From NCBI RefSeq assembly GCF_032250955.1, contig NZ_JAVVES010000003.1:1268-65267 (forward strand): 64,000 bases of DNA, read 5' to 3'. Position numbers and translations under genes: made by a program. This DNA is from Sulfuriflexus sp. GTDB lineage: Bacteria; Pseudomonadota; Gammaproteobacteria; AKS1. Shown one piece after another: positions 49,577 through 60,677 of the stretch (position 1 is the first letter of the stretch; the number at the start of each line of letters is the position of its first letter). Below the pieces are notes generated by a model. That model did no database searches. It was not told where the DNA came from and saw only the letters and a list, made by a program, of their open reading frames with translations.

Positions 49577-52500
49577 TCAGCGTCTCTTTAATGTTCTGCA
49601 ACAAGTCGCTTTCCTGGAATGGCTTGCCCATATACTGATTGACACCGATGTCCATGGCCCGCTGGCGATGCTTGTCACCGGTACGCGAGGTGATCATGAT
49701 AATCGGGATAGACTTCAGCTTCTCATCATTGCGGATATGCGTCGCCAGTTCATAACCATCCATACGCGGCATCTCGATATCGAGCAGGAAAATATCCGGT
49801 ATCTGTTCCTGCAACACGGCTACCGCGTCGACGCCGTCTTTCGCCGTGATGACTTGCATATTATTACGCTCCAGCAAGCGTGTCGTAACCTTGCGTACGG
49901 TAATTGAGTCATCTACCACCATGACAGTAAGCGGGCGGTTTGCCGTCTTCGCGGCGGCAGCGACAGTCCGTTCTGCCTCGCTGGTCTCGCGCTCCAGGGC
50001 CGGGCGCGCCACGTCCATATAAACGAGTGACGCAATATCCAGGATCAGGGCGACGCGGCCGTCGGCAAGGATCGTCGCACCCGAAATGGACTGAACGGTG
50101 CTGATCTGCGGGCCAACCGGTTTCACCACGATTTCACGACTACCACGCAGGGCTTCCACCTGCAGGGCAATGCGATGGTCGCCGGCACGCGCCAGTAGCA
50201 CCGGCAACCTGCCTCCCGGCCCGGGCAACAGCGGCCGATTCAGGCCCAACTGTGTCCCCAGGTGCATGAAGCGGTAATCATGCCCGCCATAACTATAACG
50301 GGCATCATTGCTGGAATAGAATTTTTGCAGTTCTTCGTGGCTGACCCGGGCGACCCCTTCTACGGAGGACAGGGGTATCGCGTAGATATCTTCACCGACG
50401 TTCACCAGCAGGGCCTTGTTGACCGACAGCGTCAGCGGCAGGCGCACGGTAAAGCGACTACCCCGCCCCTTTGCGGTATCGATCTGCAGGCTGCCACCAA
50501 GTTGTTTGATCTCGCTGTTGACCACGTCCATGCCGACACCGCGACCGGATATCTGGGTAACCTTCTGCGCAGTACTAAAACCGGATTCAAGGATAAAACG
50601 CACAACCTCCTTATCGGTGAGATCCGAGTCCTCTTTCATCAACCCGCGGTCCCTGGCCTTGTCACGGATCGCAGCCAGGTCAATACCCTTGCCGTCGTCG
50701 CTGAGGCGAATGACGACTTCGGTCCCTTCACGGCTGATGGCAATATGAATCGTGCCTGTTTCCGGCTTACCACTCTTCTTGCGCTGGGCCGGGGTTTCCA
50801 TGCCGTGGTCAACGGCATTACGCAGCATATGCTCAAGGGGTGGCAGAACGCGGTCGAGGACGTTGCGGTCCAGTTCGCCTTCTTCACCCGTGACAACCAG
50901 GTTAACGTCTTTCTTGATCTCGTTACTGGTCTGGCGAACCAGGCGGCGCAGGCGCGGCAGATGCAGGCTGAACGGCACCATGCGCGTCCGCATGAGGCCT
51001 TCCTGCAACTCGGTGTTAATCCGTGACTGTTGCAGCAACAGGGTTTCGCTCTCACGGGTCTGGTTATCAAGCAGGCCCTGAATACTGTTCAGGTCGTTCA
51101 GCGACTCAAGCAGGGCCCGTGACAACTGCTGCATATTGGAGAAGCGGTCCATTTCCAGTGGATCGAAATCCTGATCGTACTCCGCGCCCGATTCCTCGAA
51201 GCGGTACATGATCTGTGCTTCGGTTTCGATTTCGAAGCGACGCATCTGTTCACGCAAACGAGAGATGGTCTGTTCCATTTCCGTCAGGTTATAGCGGAAG
51301 GTGCCGACCTGTTGCTCGATACGGGAACGATAGATACTGACCTCACCGGCGAAGTTCACCAGTTCATCAAGCAAATCGGCACGCACACGAACCTGTTCGT
51401 GTTGCATCCGGCCGCGTGCCTGCCGTTCAGGCGACTCTGCTGCAACGGCTGGTTGCTCCGGCAGCGGTGGCATAATAACCACTTCTTCCTCTTCCGGCTC
51501 AACCGCGTCCGTGGCGGCTTCTGCGGCAATCGCATCGTTTACCACCTGCTCGTCATCAGGGACATCACCGGCGGCCTCGACCGCAGCCGTTGCCCCTTCG
51601 CTATCAACTGTTTCGGCAGGCGCGGTGGCTTCTGCCAGTTCATCAAGGCTTTTTCCTGCTGCCAGGGCCTCCAGCTTCGCGACGAGTGCGTCTTCCGCCG
51701 TCAGCGGCTGGTTATCCCGTACCTGTTCGAGCATCGTGACCAGCTCGTCATGTGCCTGCTGTACCAGGTCAAACATCTTTTTCGAGACCTGTACGCGGCC
51801 CTCGGTAATGGCAATAATCATGGTCTCAAGACTGTGACTCAAATCGCCAATCGCACTGATGCCCGCCATGCGCGCACCGCCCTTGAGGGTGTGAATCTCG
51901 CGCTGCAGCTGTTCTACAAGTTCCTTATCATCCTGCTGGTTTATCCAGTTCTGCAGGGTGACCTCGCTGGCGTCAAGTATCTCAACGCCTTCCTCGATAA
52001 AGATTTCCAGCAGTTCAGCATCGAAATCGTCATCGTCAGTGACCGCCGACTCGACCGTTGTTGGCGGGCTGAAGTGGGGCTCTTTGCCCCGTGCCGTTTG
52101 TCTGGCCGACGCTGTTGTACGGCGCTCAAGGTCCAGCTCCTGCTCGTAGAGTTCGTTGAGCTCGTCCAGCAAGGATAGCTTGTAATCCGTGTCTGCCTCA
52201 GGGTCAGCCAGCTCACTTACGCGTTGTCGAACGACCCGCGAGAACCCGGTCATCGCGGCAATGGTGGCCTCGTCAACACTACTGTTATTTCCCTGCAACA
52301 ACTTGATATATTTTTCCAGCAGGTTGCTGACTTCGGCAATATCGGCAATACCGGCCATGTGTGCACTGCCATGCAGTGTATGCACGGCACGGGTGACTTC
52401 TTCGTTGATACGGCAATGCTCGCCCTGCCCCTGGCATTGCTCAACAAAGGCATCAATATCGCCCAGGTGACGTCTGGACTCCTTGGTAAATATTTCCAGC

Positions 52501-54938
52501 AACACCGGGTCAATGCCGCTGCTTTCTTGCCCGGCATCATCAGCGTCTTCAGTATCCTCGCTCTTGATTGCCTGGCTAGCGGCAACACTTTCCATGCTGG
52601 CGATAACGCCTGGTCCTTCACCTTCCGCGGGGACCTGCATATCGCCGGTCTCGACGCGTGGCAGGCTGCCACTCTTGCTCATCACGTTGGCGGCATTCTG
52701 CAGGCTGTCAACATCGGTCACCGGCGCCGCACCGCCTTTGAAATGCTCGACCAGTTCCGGCAGGGCCGCCAGACCCTTGTCGATCAGATCCAGGGCATCG
52801 GTACTTAGCGGGATTGTCTTGTCGATAATGCGGTTCAGCAGGTTTTCAAAGGCCCAGGCGAATTCCCCGATAGCCATTGCGCCCACCATGCGACCACTCC
52901 CTTTCAGGGTGTGGAAGGAACGCCGAACCGTGGTCAGGGCCTCTTCATCATCCGGATTCTGTTTCCATTTCGGAAAGTACTCGTCCAGCGTGACCATTTC
53001 CTCGCCGGCCTCTTCGAGGAAGATCTCGATAATCTCATCATCGAGTTCGTCTTCTTCAAGACCGCCCGCCGGGGGCGGCGACGGCGCAGGCTCCGTTACC
53101 GGTGCGGCTGTTTCGGTAACTGCTTCGTCTTCGGGCTCGGCTTCCGCCGCGAGAGTGTCCGGGCTGATTATCTCATCACCCTGTTCGTCAACGGCAGCAA
53201 GCCCGATGGGGTAACCCAGCTTACTGACCCGGTCGCGGGCGATCTCCAGAATCTCGTTACGATCGCTACGATTTTCTTCCAGCGCCTCGAGGTAATACTC
53301 GATACTGGTTATCGCATCGGCAAGGGTTTCGAGCGTGCCCTGATCCGGGATACTCTTCTTTTCGATAAGGTCGTTACTGATATAATCATTGCAGGCTGAG
53401 AGCAACTCGGCAGCATCGTCAAGTGACAGCATCGACATGCTGCCACGAACCTGGCGATTCAGTTGCGGCACTTCCAGTAACAAGTCGTGTTCCCACGGCG
53501 ACGTGATAAACGAAACGATGGCATCCTTGACCCGCGCCATATCCGTCTTCGCCTCGGCGATAACCGCCTTGAGCAGCTCCTGCTGATCGCTGTCCTGTAA
53601 CAGTGTCGCACTGCCCTCTGTATCGCTCTCTTCGACTTCTTCGCCTTGCAGACGCTTGAGGCCTTGCAACACTGCACTGCCCTGCGCCTCACCACCCGTG
53701 CCACCTTTTTTGAGTTCGTCGAGGCTTGATTCGATAAAGATAAAGCCGCTTGCCATTTCCATAAAGGTGGTTTCATCGGGTGGCAACTTACCGGCGATCA
53801 TGTCATTGACGATTGCCACCTGCTCAACCACGACGTTACGTTGCATGCCAAGGCCAAGCATGCCCAGTGTGTCTGCAACCTTTTTCAGGGCATCGGCAAC
53901 GGCTTGCAAGCTTGTTATATCGCGCTGCTCTGAGCGCATAAACAGATCGATATCATCCCGGATGCGGGCGAGGTCTTCATGCACGACACTGGCAACGGTT
54001 TCGAGCACCTCGAGATTCACGCCACCGAGGCTGGCCTGTTCTGCTGTTTGTGTACCAGTGCCTGATAACAGATCATCAAGCCGGAAGGTTTCACGTAGCG
54101 CCGTTACCGTTGGCCCCTGGCTGCTGGCGCTCGCCACATAAAAGAGCAGGTTCTTGACCAGATCAACCGGCTGCTCACTCGCAATAGCCGCTTCACCCTC
54201 GTCAATGATCCGTTTTATCTGGCGGTCAACCTGGCCGAGCAGAAGTTTGCTGGAAACACTGGCATCAAGCCCTTCGTCAATCAGGGCTTCAATCAAGCCT
54301 CCGGCGACCCAGAACAACTGGTTACCGGCGGGTTCACGCAGGGCGCCACGCAGCTCGCGAACCACGTCTGCCAGCTGCTGCAGTGCCTGGTCAACATTAC
54401 GGTCACGGAACCAGCTAACCAGGCCCATCTGGTAACGGTGGCGCAGTTTTTTCGCCAGTGCAGAGGCGTCGTCATCGACCGGGTTATTGCTTGCCGGTGT
54501 CGTGACGGAAAGGTCTGGAGAGAAAAATGCACCTTCCGAGAGCAGGCCCTGGCCACAGGTGGCGCGCATATCATTCAGCAGCGGCAGCAAGGCCACGGGC
54601 ACATCCTTGTTACCGGCCTGCAGGTATTCCAGGTAATCCGGCAATTGCAGAATTGCGCGCATGAGGACTTCGTAGGCGTCTTCTTTCCTGGCGATGTTTT
54701 TGTCGATCAGGGCGCGCGCAATGTGCTCCATTTCCTCGGCAACCATAACCGCACCATACAACTCCACCATCTTCAGCGTGCCGTGCACCTGGTGAAGATG
54801 TGTCGCGCAGAACTGCAATTGAGTCTCGTCTTCAGGATTCTCGACATAGGCCTCAAGGGCCTGCCGTGCCTGATTCAGGGTTTCGTCAATCTCACCCTTG
54901 ACCCAGTTCAGCGTACTGTAATCGTAGCTATCAGCCAT
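49563..54938 (-). CDS. chpA: Multi-Hpt CheA-type hybrid histidine kinase ChpA
   Basis: 1791 aa. Hpt motifs are HQVHGTLKM, FHTLKGSGRM, VHTLHGSAHM and IHTLKGGARM, plus degenerate Hpt-like repeats. It also has HATPase (GRGVGMDVV), CheW and C-terminal receiver (MVVDDS...DIEMPRMDG...KPF) domains. Confidence 0.92.
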   Translation of the reverse strand: MADSYDYSTLNWVKGEIDETLNQARQALEAYVENPEDETQLQFCATHLHQVHGTLKMVELYGAVMVAEEMEHIARALIDKNIARKEDAYEVLMRAILQLPDYLEYLQAGNKDVPVALLPLLNDMRATCGQGLLSEGAFFSPDLSVTTPASNNPVDDDASALAKKLRHRYQMGLVSWFRDRNVDQALQQLADVVRELRGALREPAGNQLFWVAGGLIEALIDEGLDASVSSKLLLGQVDRQIKRIIDEGEAAIASEQPVDLVKNLLFYVASASSQGPTVTALRETFRLDDLLSGTGTQTAEQASLGGVNLEVLETVASVVHEDLARIRDDIDLFMRSEQRDITSLQAVADALKKVADTLGMLGLGMQRNVVVEQVAIVNDMIAGKLPPDETTFMEMASGFIFIESSLDELKKGGTGGEAQGSAVLQGLKRLQGEEVEESDTEGSATLLQDSDQQELLKAVIAEAKTDMARVKDAIVSFITSPWEHDLLLEVPQLNRQVRGSMSMLSLDDAAELLSACNDYISNDLIEKKSIPDQGTLETLADAITSIEYYLEALEENRSDRNEILEIARDRVSKLGYPIGLAAVDEQGDEIISPDTLAAEAEPEDEAVTETAAPVTEPAPSPPPAGGLEEDELDDEIIEIFLEEAGEEMVTLDEYFPKWKQNPDDEEALTTVRRSFHTLKGSGRMVGAMAIGEFAWAFENLLNRIIDKTIPLSTDALDLIDKGLAALPELVEHFKGGAAPVTDVDSLQNAANVMSKSGSLPRVETGDMQVPAEGEGPGVIASMESVAASQAIKSEDTEDADDAGQESSGIDPVLLEIFTKESRRHLGDIDAFVEQCQGQGEHCRINEEVTRAVHTLHGSAHMAGIADIAEVSNLLEKYIKLLQGNNSSVDEATIAAMTGFSRVVRQRVSELADPEADTDYKLSLLDELNELYEQELDLERRTTASARQTARGKEPHFSPPTTVESAVTDDDDFDAELLEIFIEEGVEILDASEVTLQNWINQQDDKELVEQLQREIHTLKGGARMAGISAIGDLSHSLETMIIAITEGRVQVSKKMFDLVQQAHDELVTMLEQVRDNQPLTAEDALVAKLEALAAGKSLDELAEATAPAETVDSEGATAAVEAAGDVPDDEQVVNDAIAAEAATDAVEPEEEEVVIMPPLPEQPAVAAESPERQARGRMQHEQVRVRADLLDELVNFAGEVSIYRSRIEQQVGTFRYNLTEMEQTISRLREQMRRFEIETEAQIMYRFEESGAEYDQDFDPLEMDRFSNMQQLSRALLESLNDLNSIQGLLDNQTRESETLLLQQSRINTELQEGLMRTRMVPFSLHLPRLRRLVRQTSNEIKKDVNLVVTGEEGELDRNVLDRVLPPLEHMLRNAVDHGMETPAQRKKSGKPETGTIHIAISREGTEVVIRLSDDGKGIDLAAIRDKARDRGLMKEDSDLTDKEVVRFILESGFSTAQKVTQISGRGVGMDVVNSEIKQLGGSLQIDTAKGRGSRFTVRLPLTLSVNKALLVNVGEDIYAIPLSSVEGVARVSHEELQKFYSSNDARYSYGGHDYRFMHLGTQLGLNRPLLPGPGGRLPVLLARAGDHRIALQVEALRGSREIVVKPVGPQISTVQSISGATILADGRVALILDIASLVYMDVARPALERETSEAERTVAAAAKTANRPLTVMVVDDSITVRKVTTRLLERNNMQVITAKDGVDAVAVLQEQIPDIFLLDIEMPRMDGYELATHIRNDEKLKSIPIIMITSRTGDKHRQRAMDIGVNQYMGKPFQESDLLQNIKETLNESR

Positions 54939-54959
54939 ATATTTTCCCGCGCCCTCTGC

Positions 54960-55832
54960 TTATGCCGATGGTAGTCGGCGGAAGGCCAGCGTATCGTTAA
55001 ATTCAATCTTCTCGATTATTGGCGGTTGCCAACCGAGGATTTCTCCCGCACCGAGTATCAGTACCCCACCTGGCAGCAAGTGCTCGACCAGGTTGTTCAG
55101 AATCTCAATGCGCCGTTTACGGTCAAAATAGATCAACATGTTCTGGCAAATGATAAGGTGCACCTTGCCGATCGGCACATGCTCCATTTCCAGCACATTC
55201 AACTGCGCAAAACAAACCCGTTTACGCAATGCCTCGTTCACTTCAAAATGCGTATCACTGACGCGTCTGAAATACTTGCCGCGCAAAACCGCATCCACAT
55301 CCCGTAGCTTGCGACTGTGATAAACACCCTTGCGCCCTGTTGCGAGTGAGGCGAGGCTGATATCCGATGCCGTTATCCCGAAGTAATACTGGCAGTAATC
55401 CGTTTCCCTGAAGTGATCCAGTACCATCGCCAGTGTATAAGGCTCTTCACCTGTAGAGCAGCCGACACTCCAGCACTGAATCGTCCCCGGCGGTTCGTCC
55501 TCTGACATCCATTGCGGCAAGACCAGTTCACGCAGCATTTCGACCGACGCCATGTGCCGGAAAAAACGCGTTTCATGTACCGTCAGCCGGTCAACCAGCG
55601 TCGCCCATTCGATCGCGCCCTCGCAGCCATTGAGGACGTGTTCGTAATAGAGCTGGTAATCGGTAAAACCGATCTCGCGCATGCGAATACCCAGGCTGGT
55701 GGTCAAAAATGAACGCCGTTCATTTGGCAAAATCATGCCAGTGCGATCTTCCAGCAGTGTCTTCCACTGCAGGTAAAGCGCATCATCCATGTTGGACATG
55801 GAATCAAGACCTGACCAGGCTGCAATCGCCAT
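54960..55832 (-). CDS. pilK: CheR-type chemoreceptor methyltransferase
   Basis: 290 aa with TRFFRH and CWSVGCSTGEEPYTLAM. Confidence 0.88.
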   Translation of the reverse strand: MAIAAWSGLDSMSNMDDALYLQWKTLLEDRTGMILPNERRSFLTTSLGIRMREIGFTDYQLYYEHVLNGCEGAIEWATLVDRLTVHETRFFRHMASVEMLRELVLPQWMSEDEPPGTIQCWSVGCSTGEEPYTLAMVLDHFRETDYCQYYFGITASDISLASLATGRKGVYHSRKLRDVDAVLRGKYFRRVSDTHFEVNEALRKRVCFAQLNVLEMEHVPIGKVHLIICQNMLIYFDRKRRIEILNNLVEHLLPGGVLILGAGEILGWQPPIIEKIEFNDTLAFRRLPSA

Positions 55833-55873
55833 GCTTGCTCTATCCTGTTGTTACAGTCCGCGAACCCGTGTCC

Positions 55874-57901
55874 TTATTCCGGCAATTTGAAGCCGGATAC
55901 CGAACGGCGCAATTCATTCGCCAACTCGGCCAGGTTACCAATCGAGGTGGCTGTCTCATTGGTCCCGGCGGATGTCTGCGTGGTAATTTCCTGAATCACA
56001 TTCATGGTCTCGGAAATGCTCGTTGCGGCACTGGACTGTTGATGGGCGGTGCCGGAAATATTATTAATCAGCTCAGCAAGCTGGCCGGACACGCTCTCGA
56101 TTTGCTCCAGGGCCTGACCCGCGTCCTCGGCCAGCTTCGCACCGGAAACCACATTGGCGGTACTTTGTTCCATGGAGATAACCGCTTCGTTGGTATCGGT
56201 CTGAATGGTTTTCACCAGTGCTTCGATCTGCTTGGTAGCGTTCGATGAACGTTCAGCGAGTCGCTGCACTTCGTCGGCAACCACCGCGAAACCACGACCC
56301 TGTTCGCCGGCCATGGCGGCCTGGATTGCGGCATTCAGGGCGAGGATGTTGGTCTGGTCGGCAATGTCGTTAATCAGTTCAACGATATCACCGATTTCCT
56401 GTGAGCTTTCACCAAGACGCTTGATGCGTTTCGAGGTCTCCTGGATCTGCTCACGAATCGTATCCATACCGCGGATATTATCCTGCACCGTGGTGGCACC
56501 CTTACGCGCGGTATCCACTGAGCGGCGCGCCACTTCAGCTGACTCGGCGGCGTTTCGGGAAACGTCTTCAATCGACACGGCCATCTCATTAATCGCGGTG
56601 CTGGCACCGGTAATCTGCTGGGCCTGGTGATCAGACGCCTCGGCCAGGTGCATGGCGGTGGCCTGCGTTTCCTGGGAAGCCGACGATACCTGCACGGAGG
56701 CCTCGTTAATCGATGTGACCAGGTTGCGCAAGGCGTCGGTGGTGTAGTTCACCGAGTCGGCGATAGCACCGGTAATGTCTTCGGTCACTGTCGCCTGCAC
56801 CGTCAGGTCACCATCCGCGAGGTCCGCCATTTCGTTCAGCAGACGCATAATCGCCTCCTGGTTACGCTTGGTGGTGGCTTCCGCTACCGCCTGGCGTTTT
56901 TTCGCATCCTGCGTATAGAAGAAGACAAACAGGCCGGACAATACCAGGGTGAGAATACCGAACAGGCCACCGGCAATTGGCGCAATACGGTTACCGATAT
57001 AGGTATTGTAGTCATCGATCAGGGTGGTCAGGTTGGCGAGCAAGACCCCCGATCTTAACGAGGCCTGTTCAGCCGCATCGTGAACGAGGAACAACTCCGG
57101 CGAGGCTTCCAGCACCGTACCCACCAGGTCGGTGACAGTCTTCAGAACGTCACCGACTTCGGTCAGTTTGTCGCGGGCATCCGGGTCACTGACCTCGGTA
57201 ATGCGCAAGCGGCGGTCGCCCTTCAACATGCCGCGGTGCACGCGCCCGAACAGGGCGGTGTCGCGACCAAAACGGTCGGCGGCGGTGGCGGCGCCCTGGC
57301 CCCCCTGAATCACGCGGGTGACGTTATTGGCAATACGCTGGGTCAACATGAGCTGGCGGCTGGCAATATAGATTTGCTGTGGCGCGGCACCCGTCTCAAT
57401 CAGGATCCCCACCACCTCATCCGACAAGGCCAGCAGGTTTGGAATGTTATCGGAAATCGCCTGCACCGACTGACCCAGTGACAGGATCGCGTCCTTACGT
57501 TCCAGGATGGCGTCGATGTTATTGCGGTATTTAGACCAGGTGTTGCCGACGGCATTCAGTTGTACGCTGACGTCTTCGGGTGATTTGGCAAAACCACTGG
57601 CCGCGTCGCCCTGATCGAGGGCATTGAAGCTGCTTTCAAATTGATTACGCAAGGTCTGCAGCCGGGCAAAGGAGTTTTCGTTACCCTGCGAGGCCTCGAT
57701 AGCGAAACGCGACATGGTCTGCGAAAGCACCCGCTGTTCACCGGCGTTTGTCAGGTACCTGGCGTCATAACTGGTCCTGGTGGTGTTATAACCAAGGAAG
57801 ACAGCCATTGCCACGAACGAGATGCCAATCCCGACCGCGAGCGCGGTTAGCTTGTACTCCTTCAGCTTGCTGAGATCCAATACGTTCTTGACGTTCTTCA
57901 T
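55874..57901 (-). CDS. pilJ: Methyl-accepting chemotaxis protein PilJ
   Basis: 675 aa with an N-terminal periplasmic domain, two TM helices and HAMP. The conserved signalling hairpin reads [39 protein letters not shown]. Confidence 0.9.
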   Translation of the reverse strand: MKNVKNVLDLSKLKEYKLTALAVGIGISFVAMAVFLGYNTTRTSYDARYLTNAGEQRVLSQTMSRFAIEASQGNENSFARLQTLRNQFESSFNALDQGDAASGFAKSPEDVSVQLNAVGNTWSKYRNNIDAILERKDAILSLGQSVQAISDNIPNLLALSDEVVGILIETGAAPQQIYIASRQLMLTQRIANNVTRVIQGGQGAATAADRFGRDTALFGRVHRGMLKGDRRLRITEVSDPDARDKLTEVGDVLKTVTDLVGTVLEASPELFLVHDAAEQASLRSGVLLANLTTLIDDYNTYIGNRIAPIAGGLFGILTLVLSGLFVFFYTQDAKKRQAVAEATTKRNQEAIMRLLNEMADLADGDLTVQATVTEDITGAIADSVNYTTDALRNLVTSINEASVQVSSASQETQATAMHLAEASDHQAQQITGASTAINEMAVSIEDVSRNAAESAEVARRSVDTARKGATTVQDNIRGMDTIREQIQETSKRIKRLGESSQEIGDIVELINDIADQTNILALNAAIQAAMAGEQGRGFAVVADEVQRLAERSSNATKQIEALVKTIQTDTNEAVISMEQSTANVVSGAKLAEDAGQALEQIESVSGQLAELINNISGTAHQQSSAATSISETMNVIQEITTQTSAGTNETATSIGNLAELANELRRSVSGFKLPE

Positions 57902-57980
57902 TTTATTCTCTCCTGAACTCCGGTAACCGCTTTGTTATTGTCGGCCCACATGCTTGATGCCGACCTGCAGTCCATTTGGC

Positions 57981-58565
57981 TTACACTGCGACTTGTAAAA
58001 ACAGCGGGCTTTTCGCCAATGCGTGCATACTAAATATTCCCCATTCTTCGGTATCCTGCTGATAGGCACCGCTGAGGTAGCTTTTTATAAAATTATCAAC
58101 TTCGGGTAACTTGCTCTTTCGTTCTTCATCCTGAAAATGCCTCAACCCCAGAACCTCATCTACCAGCAGTCCGGAAAATATGCCGCCATGATTCACCACC
58201 AGGACACGGCTTTTTACGGTCAATACGGTGGGCTGCTTGGTCAGGTAATCCTGCAAATCCATAATCGGCAGCAGGTTGCCGCGCACATTGGCAATGCCTC
58301 TGACCCAGGTCTTCGTCCCGGGGACGCGTGACATAGCAGGATAGGTCAACAACTCGGTAACCTCGTCCACGGGGGTCACCATTTTCAGGCCACCGATCCG
58401 GAAGCCGATGGCCAGGGAAGTGCTCTTCAACTCTTCCTGTTGCGGCAGACCGGCAGCGTTTTTGATGCTGCGGCGTTCAATCTCGCGCAGCAGGGCTATC
58501 GGATCGATTTTTTTTACCTTGGCATTCATCGCTTGATAGTCGTCTTTAACCGGCCAGTAAGGCAT
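57981..58565 (-). CDS. pilI: CheW-like protein PilI
   Basis: The CheW domain includes VRGIANVRGNLLPIMDL. The start is uncertain: 58565 overlaps pilH by 20 nt, and 58529 is an alternative. Confidence 0.8.
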   Translation of the reverse strand: MPYWPVKDDYQAMNAKVKKIDPIALLREIERRSIKNAAGLPQQEELKSTSLAIGFRIGGLKMVTPVDEVTELLTYPAMSRVPGTKTWVRGIANVRGNLLPIMDLQDYLTKQPTVLTVKSRVLVVNHGGIFSGLLVDEVLGLRHFQDEERKSKLPEVDNFIKSYLSGAYQQDTEEWGIFSMHALAKSPLFLQVAV

Positions 58566-58911
58566 TAATCTTTTCGATCAATATTTTCTCGTCTACCGGC
58601 TTGGTCAGGTAATCCTTGGCGCCCTGGCGCAAACCCCAGACACGATCCGTTTCCTGATCCTTGGTGGTGACGATAATAATCGGGATGTCTTTGGTCTCGT
58701 CATCATTCGAAATCTGCCGTGTGGCCTGGAAGCCATTCATACCCGGCATAACAATATCCATCAGAATCATGTCCGGCTTTTCCGCTTTCGCGGCCTCCAC
58801 GCCTTTTTCACCGCTTTCCGCCGATGCGGTATCAAAGCCGTGCTTCTCGAGCATGGTTTTCAGAACGTGGATCTCGGTAGGGGAGTCATCCACTATCAAT
58901 ATGCGTGCCAT
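58546..58911 (-). CDS. pilH: CheY-like response regulator PilH
   Basis: 121 aa. MARILIVDDSPTE...TTKDQETDRVWGLRQGAKDYLTKPVDE is nearly co-linear with my recollection of P. aeruginosa PilH. Confidence 0.92.
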   Translation of the reverse strand: MARILIVDDSPTEIHVLKTMLEKHGFDTASAESGEKGVEAAKAEKPDMILMDIVMPGMNGFQATRQISNDDETKDIPIIIVTTKDQETDRVWGLRQGAKDYLTKPVDEKILIEKINALLAG

Positions 58912-58971
58912 TCGGTTGTTCTCCTTATTTTCATTTCCAGACCATGAACGTTTTCACGACCACGGCAAACA

Positions 58972-59388
58972 TCATGCACGGACTTCGATCACATGCCGGG
59001 TGATCGCGCCAAGCAGCTCATCTTTGGTAAAGGGTTTGGTCAGATATTGTTCGGAACCCACGATACGGCCCCGCGCCTTGTCAAACAGGCCATCTTTACT
59101 GGAGAGCATGATCACGGGGGTCGATTTAAAATTCTGGTTATTCTTGATAAGCGCGCAGGTCTGGTAACCATCCAGGCGCGGCATCATGATATCAACGAAA
59201 ATGATATCCGGGCGATGATCGGCAATCTTGGCCAGGGCCTCGAAGCCATCCGTTGCGGTAATCACATCACAACCGGCCTTTTTCAACAGGGTTTCTGCGG
59301 TGCGCCGGATGGTCTTGCTGTCATCGATGACCATGACATTCAGCCCTGCGTAATCCCCGTTCGTTTTAGTCTCGCTGGCCACTCTCAC
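58972..59388 (-). CDS. pilG: CheY-like response regulator PilG
   Basis: 138 aa. VMVIDDSKTIRRTAETLLKKAGCDVITATDGFEALAKIADHRPDIIFVDIMMPRLDGYQTCALIKNN is close to my recollection of P. aeruginosa PilG. Confidence 0.93.
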   Translation of the reverse strand: MRVASETKTNGDYAGLNVMVIDDSKTIRRTAETLLKKAGCDVITATDGFEALAKIADHRPDIIFVDIMMPRLDGYQTCALIKNNQNFKSTPVIMLSSKDGLFDKARGRIVGSEQYLTKPFTKDELLGAITRHVIEVRA

Positions 59389-59714
59389 CCCTCGTTTTTC
59401 TCAAATCCGGATCGTTATTTAGAAACAATAGTTGTTATTTTTAACATTTAACACAAATTGTAGGTAGTTTCTATAAGCTATTGCAAATAATATGTATTCT
59501 TGCCCCTGCCAACCCCTTTCCGGCAGTCCCCCAGGCTCACCCCGCCCCTGGCGTGGGCGACAATCGCCCCCTGACAATTGTCCCCCCCCTAATTAAAGAC
59601 GCTCGCGGGCCAATCGTCCAGTTTGCCGGCCCCGGACTATTCTGCCCATGCCAAGTGCTGCGCAATAAGCTACCATGAAGACTTGTTTTCGGATACCGGG
59701 ATACGGCCAACACC

Positions 59715-60677
59715 ATGCCTGAACACAGCAAAACCATCCGCCTCGGCGTTGTTATGGACCCCATCGCCTCTATCAAGTATGCCAAGGACAGTACGCTGGC
59801 CATGCTGCTTGAAATCCAGGCCCGCGGCTGGCAGCTCGAATATATGGAGCTAGAGGACCTGTCCCTGCAGGACGGGCGCGCCTTCGGGCAAATGCGCCAA
59901 CTTACTGTGCGCGCGGATGCGAACGACTGGTTTTCGCTCGGTGCGCCGCGCCGGGAGGCACTGGCCGAACTCGATGTCATCCTGATGCGAAAAGATCCGC
60001 CTTTCGACATGGAATATATCTATAGTACCTACCTGCTGGAAGCGGCCGAGGCCGAAGGCGTCCTGGTCGTCAACCGGCCGGAGAGCATTCGCAACGCCAA
60101 CGAGAAGCTGTTTGCCGCCCGCTTCCCTGACTGCATGCCGCCCTCGATGGTCACCCGCCGGGCCAATGAGTTACGGCGTTTTCTCCAGGAGCACGGCGAC
60201 ATTATCCTCAAGCCCCTCGGCGAAATGGGCGGGGCCTCAATCTTCCGCGTCCGCGACGGCGACCCGAACACCAACGTCATTATCGAGACCCTGACCGGCA
60301 ATGGCGCGCGCTATATCATGGCGCAACGCTTTGTGCCGGAGATCAGCCTTGGCGACAAGCGCATCCTCCTCATCGATGGCGAACCGGTGCCCTACGCCCT
60401 GGCGCGCATCCCGGCCGCCGGCGAAACCCGTGGCAACCTCGCGGCCGGCGGCCGTGGCGAGGGCGTCGAGCTCAGTGACCGCGACCGGGAAATCTGTGCC
60501 CGGGTCGGCCCGGTGTGCCGCGAACTCGGGCTGATCTTCGTCGGCATTGATGTCATCGGTGATTACCTGACCGAGATCAACAGCACCAGCCCGACCTGTA
60601 TCCGCGAACTCGATGCCCTCTACGGACTCAATATCAGCGCCCAACTGATGGACGTCATTGAAAAAAGGCTGTCATGA
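59715..60677 (+). CDS. gshB: Glutathione synthetase
   Basis: 320 aa with an ATP-grasp fold and IRLGVVMDPIASIKYAKDSTLAMLLE. It is divergent from pilG, as in Pseudomonas. Confidence 0.93.
   Translation: MPEHSKTIRLGVVMDPIASIKYAKDSTLAMLLEIQARGWQLEYMELEDLSLQDGRAFGQMRQLTVRADANDWFSLGAPRREALAELDVILMRKDPPFDMEYIYSTYLLEAAEAEGVLVVNRPESIRNANEKLFAARFPDCMPPSMVTRRANELRRFLQEHGDIILKPLGEMGGASIFRVRDGDPNTNVIIETLTGNGARYIMAQRFVPEISLGDKRILLIDGEPVPYALARIPAAGETRGNLAAGGRGEGVELSDRDREICARVGPVCRELGLIFVGIDVIGDYLTEINSTSPTCIRELDALYGLNISAQLMDVIEKRLS

Noticed and set aside
48759-53214. Several long plus-strand ORFs (48759-49571, 50262-51026, 51312-52178, 52224-52808, 52483-53214), some very Ser-rich
   Set aside because: All are antisense to chpB and chpA, which have clear domain motifs. 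Their low-complexity Ser/Arg composition is consistent with reverse-frame artefacts.
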